From assembly GCA_964611035.1 (NCBI GenBank), contig CAZSWT010000001.1:2320-66319 (forward strand): a stretch of 64,000 nucleotides of DNA. The letters are read 5' to 3'. Of this stretch, positions 57,651-64,000 are shown piece by piece; position 1 is the first letter of the stretch, and every line of letters begins with the position of its first letter. The translations under genes were made by a program, and so were the position numbers. Source of the stretch: an uncultured Desulfobacteraceae bacterium (GTDB lineage: Bacteria; Desulfobacterota; DSM-4660; Desulfatiglandales; B25-G16). Under the pieces are notes generated by a model. That model was not told the origin of the DNA, ran no database searches, and saw only the letters and a program-made list of their open reading frames with translations.

Positions 57651-57740
57651 GTCAACGATCCCGCCCTTCCGAGCAGGGCTTGAGAAAAAGAAACAATTCA
57701 TTAGCCTCCTTCATCCTCACTCTTACGGGTGGGGTATTAA
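57651..57740. mobile_element. Possible 90-bp non-autonomous IS200/IS605-type remnant (two end hairpins, no ORF)
   Basis: Starts GTCAAC…CCCGCCCT-TCCG-AGCAGGGCTTG; ends TTCAT-CCTCACTC-TTAC-GGGTGGGG-TATT. Confidence 0.4.
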
Positions 57741-57792
57741 AGGGCGGCGGCAAACAGTTAATTTTCATTATTTAGTAAAAATTTTTTCATTT

Positions 57793-57821
57793 TTGACTTG
57801 ACTTTCAGTAAAATTTACAGT
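57793..57821 (+). promoter_or_regulatory. lexA promoter with overlapping dyad (candidate operator)
   Basis: TTGACT-N17-TACAGT; imperfect palindrome CAGTAAA-A-TTTACAG at 57806-57820. Confidence 0.5.
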
Positions 57822-57867
57822 ACCTATACCAATAAAACTGTAAGTTTTGCTATAAAAGGAGGGGGCT

Positions 57868-58473
57868 ATGAAACTGACGGAAAAGCAGAAGGCATTTCTG
57901 AGATATATCTCCCATTATATGGAAGACTGGGGTCGATCTCCCAGCTTTGAAGAGATATGCTCCCATTTCGGCTTCTCCTCTTACAACACAGTCACTACGT
58001 ATCTCAAAACCTTGGAATGGAAAGGCTATATCCGTCTTCCCAACAAAAAGAACCAAAAGCGAGCCATTGAGGTGATTAGTCCTGTGGAAACCAGACGGCT
58101 CGAGTTTCCCCTGCTGGGAAGGGTGGCAGCAGGAAAACCTATCGAGGCAGTGGAAGAGGTGGGTGCAATTGAAGTCCCCCCATCCATGGCTGGACAGGGA
58201 GACCACTTTGTCCTCCAGGTCAGAGGGGATTCCATGAAAGAGGATGGGATACTGGACAGGGATTTCATCGTGGTTAGAAAGCAGCCGACGGCCGAAAACG
58301 GCCAGACCGTGGTGGCCCTGATCAACAATGAGGCCACTGTTAAGAAATATTACAAGCAGGAAAATTATGTGGAACTCCGCCCCTCTCACACGGATATGGA
58401 ATCCATCATCGTCAAAGAGGGAGATCTCCGGATTGAGGGAAGGGTTGTGGGGATTATGAGACATTATAAATAA
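57868..58473 (+). CDS. lexA: SOS repressor LexA
   Basis: Winged HTH (SPSFEEI), Ala-Gly site VAAGKP, GDSM catalytic Ser, TVK catalytic Lys. Confidence 0.96.
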   Translation: MKLTEKQKAFLRYISHYMEDWGRSPSFEEICSHFGFSSYNTVTTYLKTLEWKGYIRLPNKKNQKRAIEVISPVETRRLEFPLLGRVAAGKPIEAVEEVGAIEVPPSMAGQGDHFVLQVRGDSMKEDGILDRDFIVVRKQPTAENGQTVVALINNEATVKKYYKQENYVELRPSHTDMESIIVKEGDLRIEGRVVGIMRHYK

Positions 58474-58573
58474 GGAAGGCGCAAGGCCGCTTGAGACAAT
58501 CTAACTATGCAAATCTCTTTAAATGAAGTACTCCTCGAATGAAAAGCCATAAAAAGCTTTAGGCCTTCCTTAT

Positions 58574-58713
58574 AATTCCAAATTCCAAATTCAAAATACC
58601 AAATGAAATCCAAATGCCTAAATGCCAAAGCCTAGAGATATGAAGGGTCTGCTTTGAATTTTGACATTAGACATTTGAGATTTATTGAGGCTTTGAACTT
58701 TGATATTTGACAT
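58574..58713. repeat. Heptad CAAATG-family inverted-repeat element
   Basis: AATTCCAAATTCCAAATTC…CAAATGCCTAAATGCCAAA then TTTGACATTAGACATTTG…TTTGATATTTGACATT. Confidence 0.8.
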
Positions 58714-58797
58714 TCCCTAACAATGGTCTTGAATTCAGAGAAAATAAACTGCTACTGGTTGTAAAAGCTGATCGACATTGAATACGAGGGCTAAACT

Positions 58798-59961
58798 GTG
58801 TATCGTCACATTATTCACATCCATATCCCAGCCTTTCCCATCGCTGTGGCGCGGATATCCCAGCCAGAGCTCAGAGATCGCCCTGTGGCAATGGCCCCGC
58901 CTCACTCAGAACGGGCGCTTATTCTCTCTGTCTCACCTGAGGCCCGCAAGGAAGGCATTTTTAAGGGCATGCCTATCGGAAAGGCCATAAAATTCTGCCC
59001 TGATTTGACTGTCTTACCCCCCAACCAGAGCCTCACAGGAAAGGCTTGCAATGTCTTAGCCAAGGTGGTGGCATACTACACACCTCTCTGGGAACCATCC
59101 CGACCAGGACATATCTATATGGATGTAACAGGGACGGATCGCCTCTGGGGGAGGGCAAAAGATACGGCTAGCCGCCTCAGAAGCGAAATCAAAGAGCATT
59201 TATGTCTCTTAGGGATGGTAGGCGTGTCTGGGAATAAGATGGTTTCCAGCATCGCCTCCAGGATTGGCTCATCCGAAGGAGTACTGGATGTGGATCACGG
59301 CCAGGAGTCCTCATTTATGGCTCCTCTAAGGACAAGTTTCCTGCCCGGCATAGGCCATGTTCGAAGAAAAATCCTTCTGGAAGAACTGAATATTTCCTTG
59401 GTCCGGGAGATAGCCACCCTCGATATAGGTATTCTAAAGCTTGTTTTTGGTCGACAGGCCTATGTGATCCATCAGCGGGCCCTTGGAATAGACCCCACCC
59501 CGGTGTATCCTCCCCGCATGGAACCCACGATAGCCGAGGAGTTCACCATTCCCCATGACACCAACGATGACAATAAACTGCTGAGAATCCTTTACAGGTT
59601 GGTGGAAAGGTGCTCGCATCAGCTTCTGAGCAGGTCACTGTGCCCCCGCAAGGCAGGGTTGATCTTTAGGTACACAGACCATAAAGAGGTCACGCGCTGC
59701 ATCAATCTTTCCAGTGTGAGCTTCTGGGATTTCGAACTCTATGCACCTCTGGAAAGGATTTTTTTAAAGGCCTATCACCGTCGAGTAAGGGTAAGATTCA
59801 TGAAGGTGTGGTTTCAGGACTTCTCTCCTCCTCCTTCACAGCTCTCACTTTTTCCCACAAGCTCCCCTCTCACGGATAAAAAGGTACTGACGTTCCAGAC
59901 CCTGAACCATATTAGGGAGAGGTATGGAGATGAGGCGATCAAATATGGCAGAGCAGCGTGA
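58798..59961 (+). CDS. imuB: ImuB-like inactive Y-family polymerase
   Basis: Y-family layout (VSPEARKEGIFKGM, GVSGNKMVSSIA, LPGIG) but HIHIPAF and PGHIYMD replace the catalytic DMDAF/SIDE; C-terminal QLSLF clamp motif. Confidence 0.85.
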   Translation: MYRHIIHIHIPAFPIAVARISQPELRDRPVAMAPPHSERALILSVSPEARKEGIFKGMPIGKAIKFCPDLTVLPPNQSLTGKACNVLAKVVAYYTPLWEPSRPGHIYMDVTGTDRLWGRAKDTASRLRSEIKEHLCLLGMVGVSGNKMVSSIASRIGSSEGVLDVDHGQESSFMAPLRTSFLPGIGHVRRKILLEELNISLVREIATLDIGILKLVFGRQAYVIHQRALGIDPTPVYPPRMEPTIAEEFTIPHDTNDDNKLLRILYRLVERCSHQLLSRSLCPRKAGLIFRYTDHKEVTRCINLSSVSFWDFELYAPLERIFLKAYHRRVRVRFMKVWFQDFSPPPSQLSLFPTSSPLTDKKVLTFQTLNHIRERYGDEAIKYGRAA

Positions 59962-60009
59962 TACCCATCCGTTATCCTAATGGGACAGATGGAAAACATG
60001 GAAAAATTT

Positions 60010-60167
60010 TAAATGACAAAATCTTCACCCTGTTAGATAAAGGGTTTTCATCTTTAATTAAGGTATTCTTGTATCATTTCTTTGGCATTTGGACTTTATC
60101 ATTTATTTGAACTTTGAGCTTTGACATTTGTCATTTGCTCATCCTGCGCCCTGTGCCTTATGCCTTC
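60010..60167. repeat. Heptad element with CTTCACCCTGT insert and CCTGCGCCC/GCCTT tract
   Basis: AAATGACAAAAT|CTTCACCCTGT…; right arm TTTGGCATTTGG…TTTGACATTTGTCATTTG; then CCTGCGCCCTGTGCCTTATGCCTT. Confidence 0.7.
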
Positions 60168-60193
60168 GGCCTATTAACTATGAGCTATAAACC

Positions 60194-63100
60194 ATGAACT
60201 CATTCGTACATCTTAATGTCCATTCCCACTACTCCAAAGGCTGGGGTATGGGTTCCATTGAAGACCTCTGCCGGTCCGCCAAAGAGCATGGTATGGATAG
60301 ATTCGCCCTGACCGACACCAATGGATTGTATGGACTCCTATATTTTATCCAGACGGCTAAAGAGATAGGTATTCAACCCATTGTGGGCAGCGAACTTACA
60401 GCCGATGAGCACCGGGCTGTTCTGCTGGTTCGAAACCGTGAAGGGTATGCAAACCTCTGCCGGATCATTTCAGACCGCCACTGCCATCAGGGTTTCGACC
60501 TGATCAAATCCCTAAAGGAAAGACGTGAGGGGCTTATCATCTTTTCTGACAACTTCACACTGCTCAAGGCCCTTAAAAGAGATTCAGAAGAGGACCTCTT
60601 TGTGGAGCTATCCCCGGGCTATAATATGGCGAGCTGCTATGCCTTTTCCCGTACAAGTGGCATTCCTCCCCTGGCCACCAACCGGGTCTATCTGATCAAG
60701 GCGGATCAATTTCCGCTTCACCGGATCCTTCGGGCCGTAGCCTTGAACAGCAAACTCTCCCGCCTACGATATGAAGACATCTGTAGGGAGCACAATTTTT
60801 TGAATGCCCCCCAGTCCATGATCGATCAGTTTCCCCATGCCCCTCGGGCGATCCATAATACGCTTGAGGTAGCTGAACAGTGCCGTATGCATTGGGACTT
60901 TGACCGCATCATATTCCCTCGTTTTAAGCAGATGACAGACAAAGAGGCCTATGAGACCCTCTACCGGTCTAGCATAGAGGGTTGCAGGCGTCGATATGGA
61001 AAACTCACCCAAGCAATCAGAGAGCGAGTAGACTACGAGATGAAGATCATCCGAGAGAAAAAGTTTGCCCATTATTTTCTGGTAGTGGCTGATATTACCA
61101 GAAGAGCCCCTCGGTCATGTGGCCGTGGAAGTGCCGCCGCATCCATTGTCTCGTATGCCCTGGGGATCACCCATGTAGACCCTATAAAACACCACCTCTT
61201 CTTTGAGCGTTTTTTAAACACTGGACGTATGGATCCCCCGGACATTGATGTGGACTTCGCATGGGACGAACGGGATCAGGTCATTGACTATGTCTTTGCC
61301 AAATATGGAAACCGAAAAACCGCCATGGTGGCCAATCATAACACCTATGGGGCCAGATCCGCTATCAGGGAGGTAGCAAAGGTCTTTGGCATAACCGAGG
61401 CAGAGATCAGCCGGGTAACCAGCAAAATCGGTTTTGGATGGCGTCTGGAAGATACCTGGACCAAATTGGCCAAGCATCCCAAGATGAAAGGGATAGATTT
61501 CGAGAAGCCCTGGAATGATATTTTATATGCTGCACTCCAGCTCGAAGATCACCTCGACCACCTTTCAGTACACTGCGGCGGTCTGGTAATTGTGCCCGAT
61601 GAGATTCGCCGCTACTGCCCGGTAGAAATCTCTGCAAGTGGGGTACAGGTGCTCCAGTGGGAAAAGGATTCGGTGGAAAAAGCAGGACTTGTTAAGATAG
61701 ATATCCTGGGCAACCGGAGCCTTGCAGTCATTCGGGATGCCCTTGATCTGGTGGAGAAAAATTATGGCAGACGGATTAATTACGCCAGCTGGAACCCCAT
61801 TAATGACCCTAAGACCGTAGAGGTTTTTTACCGGGGCGAGACCTTTGGTGTCTTCTATTTTGAAAGTCCTGCAACAAGGCAGGTGCTAAAAAAGGTCAGC
61901 TCAGAATTTAGTTTTGAGGAGTACGCAAAGCTGGACCATTTCCGTCTCAATGTGGTGGTTGCCTCCATCATCAGACCAGCCTCAAACCAGAGTATCAGAA
62001 CATGGGTATCCAGGCTTCATGGCCAGCCCTGGGACACACCCCATCCCCTTTTACGGCCTGTTTTAGAGGAAACCATGGGAATCATGGTCTTTCAAGAGCA
62101 ATTGAGTCAAGTCGCCATACACCTGGCCGGTTTTGATCCCGCAGAGGCAGATACCCTGAGGAAAGTGGTGAGCAAAAAGCATAGGGATAAGAAACTTCGT
62201 GATTTTTATACCAGATTTGTTCGAGGGGCTCGAGAGCGGGGTGTAAACATAAAAGTGATAGAGAAAATCTGGCAGATGATGATGGGCTTTGACGGCTATA
62301 GCTTCTGTAAGCCACATTCGGCCAGCTATACCCTGGTGGCCTACAAGTCTGCCTATCTCAGGGCCCATTATCCGGCTGAATTCATGGCATCTGTCATCTC
62401 CAATGGCGGGGGCTATTACTCCACATTTGGGTATCTGTCAGAGGCAAGACGAATGGGGCTCAAAATCCTGCCTCCTGATATCAACCAGAGTGAGATTAAA
62501 TATACCGGAAAAAATAAAGAAATCCGCGCCGGCCTCATGCAGTTAAAGGCCCTATCCCGGAAGGGAGGGGAATCCATCATTCATGAGCGCTCCAAAAACG
62601 GACCCTTTACTAACTTTGAGAATTTCCTGCTTAGGGTCGGCTGCCATCTCCACCTCCAGGATGTGAGGGTTCTGATTAAGGCGGGCTGTTTTGATAGTAT
62701 CGCCCGTGGCTTAGCCAGGCCCTCTCTGGTATGGCAGGTCCTTCGATTTTTTGGCGAGCAACATCAGGAGGAAAATTCCCCTACCCTCTTCTCCGCACAT
62801 GCCTTCCAACTCCCCATAAAACAACCTCCTTACTCGAAAAAACTCATGTTGCAACATGAGTTGGAAACCCTGGGTCTTTCCCTATCCCGCCACCCCCTCG
62901 AGCGATACGAGGAAATCTTGAGGAACGTAGACTATGTGAGGGCTTGTGATCTCAACGCCCATGTGGGGAAACAGGTAACAACTATCGGTTGGCTGATAAA
63001 CGGCAAGACAGTATACACAAAGGATAGAGAGCCCATGAAATTCGCCTCCTTTGAAGATACCACCGGCCTCTATGAAACCGTGTTCTTTCCGAAAGCATAT

Positions 63101-63298
63101 AATCAATTCTGTCACATACTGAATGAGATGCGCCCTTATATTCTCAAAGGAAAGATAGAGGAAGATTTCGGTTCCATAACCATGACAGTGAGTTGGATAG
63201 GATTTCTGGATAGATACACAACAAAGGTCTCTCGCTCTTCCAACGAGGATTCAGATTTTTGCTCTCATTTGAAGCCAAGTGCCTGTCCCATCTTGTGA
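60194..63298 (+). CDS. dnaE2: Error-prone DNA polymerase III alpha (DnaE2/ImuC)
   Basis: PHP domain (HSHYS, LTD), GRGSAA, PDIDVD, KIDILG, FCKPHS, OB fold; follows imuB. Confidence 0.9.
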   Translation: MNSFVHLNVHSHYSKGWGMGSIEDLCRSAKEHGMDRFALTDTNGLYGLLYFIQTAKEIGIQPIVGSELTADEHRAVLLVRNREGYANLCRIISDRHCHQGFDLIKSLKERREGLIIFSDNFTLLKALKRDSEEDLFVELSPGYNMASCYAFSRTSGIPPLATNRVYLIKADQFPLHRILRAVALNSKLSRLRYEDICREHNFLNAPQSMIDQFPHAPRAIHNTLEVAEQCRMHWDFDRIIFPRFKQMTDKEAYETLYRSSIEGCRRRYGKLTQAIRERVDYEMKIIREKKFAHYFLVVADITRRAPRSCGRGSAAASIVSYALGITHVDPIKHHLFFERFLNTGRMDPPDIDVDFAWDERDQVIDYVFAKYGNRKTAMVANHNTYGARSAIREVAKVFGITEAEISRVTSKIGFGWRLEDTWTKLAKHPKMKGIDFEKPWNDILYAALQLEDHLDHLSVHCGGLVIVPDEIRRYCPVEISASGVQVLQWEKDSVEKAGLVKIDILGNRSLAVIRDALDLVEKNYGRRINYASWNPINDPKTVEVFYRGETFGVFYFESPATRQVLKKVSSEFSFEEYAKLDHFRLNVVVASIIRPASNQSIRTWVSRLHGQPWDTPHPLLRPVLEETMGIMVFQEQLSQVAIHLAGFDPAEADTLRKVVSKKHRDKKLRDFYTRFVRGARERGVNIKVIEKIWQMMMGFDGYSFCKPHSASYTLVAYKSAYLRAHYPAEFMASVISNGGGYYSTFGYLSEARRMGLKILPPDINQSEIKYTGKNKEIRAGLMQLKALSRKGGESIIHERSKNGPFTNFENFLLRVGCHLHLQDVRVLIKAGCFDSIARGLARPSLVWQVLRFFGEQHQEENSPTLFSAHAFQLPIKQPPYSKKLMLQHELETLGLSLSRHPLERYEEILRNVDYVRACDLNAHVGKQVTTIGWLINGKTVYTKDREPMKFASFEDTTGLYETVFFPKAYNQFCHILNEMRPYILKGKIEEDFGSITMTVSWIGFLDRYTTKVSRSSNEDSDFCSHLKPSACPIL

Positions 63299-63793
63299 GG
63301 ATCATGTAAACAGTGCTCATAAGAATCCCATTTAAACAACTCCAAAGCTATACTGAAGCAAAGGAAAAGATGGAGAGCCCAGCATCTCCACGCAACGTAG
63401 ATAAAAGTCCTTAAAAAAAGTAAACCCAAACTCTTAGAGGCTGTGCCTACTATCCTGATTGGTTATTGTAAGATAACCAGTATCTCTTATTGCCAGCAGT
63501 TTGTGATAAAGACTGATTTTGGATAGATAAACCTGTACGGTAGATAGAACCAGGGCTATAACATTCCCAAAAGAAATACCTTGGTGGGATAAAAGCATTT
63601 ATTCATTGCAATTTTGATCATCGGATATTAATGAATCTATGTGCTTCATATATCAATACACAACGGCAACGAAATGTAAGCAAAACATTACTGCAAATAT
63701 GGCGTCACTGCAGATACAAGAATTGAGAAATGAGGAGCGATTAAGCTATAGTGCTACTTAACGTGATTTTTAAATTATAAGAAAGGAAAGTCT

Positions 63794-64000
63794 ATGAATT
63801 ACAGTTATATCATATATGAAAAGAGGCAAAATATAGCCCTGATTACCTTGAATCAACCTGAGAAACAAAACATCCTATCCTTTGATCTTATACAGGAGTT
63901 ATCTGGATGCTTGAGACAGGTGGCTCAAGAAAGGCGCGCTACGGTAATCATCGTAAAAGGAGCCGGAGATAATTTTTGCGCAGGACATGACCTCAATGAG
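63794..64000 (+). CDS. Enoyl-CoA hydratase/isomerase (crotonase family), 5' part only
   Basis: MNYSYIIYEKRQNIALITLNQPEKQNILS…GAGDNFCAGHDL; GAAAGGAAAG RBS; runs off the window. Confidence 0.88.
   Translation, partial: MNYSYIIYEKRQNIALITLNQPEKQNILSFDLIQELSGCLRQVAQERRATVIIVKGAGDNFCAGHDLNE

Noticed and set aside
11660-60167. CRISPR array interpretation of the short periodic repeats
   Set aside because: Units are 7-9 bp, degenerate and contiguous, without unique spacers; no cas genes
63300-63620. Possible small membrane-protein gene on the minus strand (…QGISFGNVIALVLS…)
   Set aside because: Short frames with several stops, no clear RBS, insufficient support

Overview
AT-rich chromosomal window, most likely from an anaerobic deltaproteobacterium (Desulfobacterota-like; inferred from gene content, not from a search). 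Left end (1-3.6 kb): a small accessory region downstream of tRNA-Phe with a PEP-CTERM gene and a three-gene operon encoding a HEPN-like and a degenerate nucleotidyltransferase-like protein. 3.7-25.8 kb: mostly housekeeping genes (rnhA, rmuC, kdsB, tadA, dnaX, lysA-dapB-dapL-folK-transaldolase-SLT-pgsA, M23 peptidase, secA, argJ, NDP-sugar epimerase), four more tRNAs, a long HPr-domain protein and a candidate sigma54-driven small RNA. 26-39.9 kb: a compact Ser/Thr phospho-signalling island (2 PP2C, CHASE2-kinase, FHA-GAF-adenylate cyclase, tandem FHA, LysM-FecR) wrapped around a minimal type IV pilus module (MshEN-PilB with zinc ribbons, B-box pilin-like protein, pilin) and a membrane PAS protein with no output domain. 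41.5-49.8 kb: acyl-CoA catabolic/redox cluster (ETF-QO, FAD/Fe-S fusion oxidoreductase, acyl-CoA ligase, atypical thiolase, lone activase). 50-57.6 kb: HlyD/ABC-2 exporter, NTPase, CheR-like methyltransferase, radical SAM. 57.9-63.3 kb: lexA-imuB-dnaE2 cassette without imuA, then the start of an enoyl-CoA hydratase. Many intergenic spacers contain short palindromic or periodic (7-9 bp) inverted-repeat elements of several families, often nested inside each other, most strikingly a four-layer fold-back at 24.33-24.80 kb. No CRISPR array, rRNA, integrase or transposase was seen. All protein calls come from motif recognition by eye.
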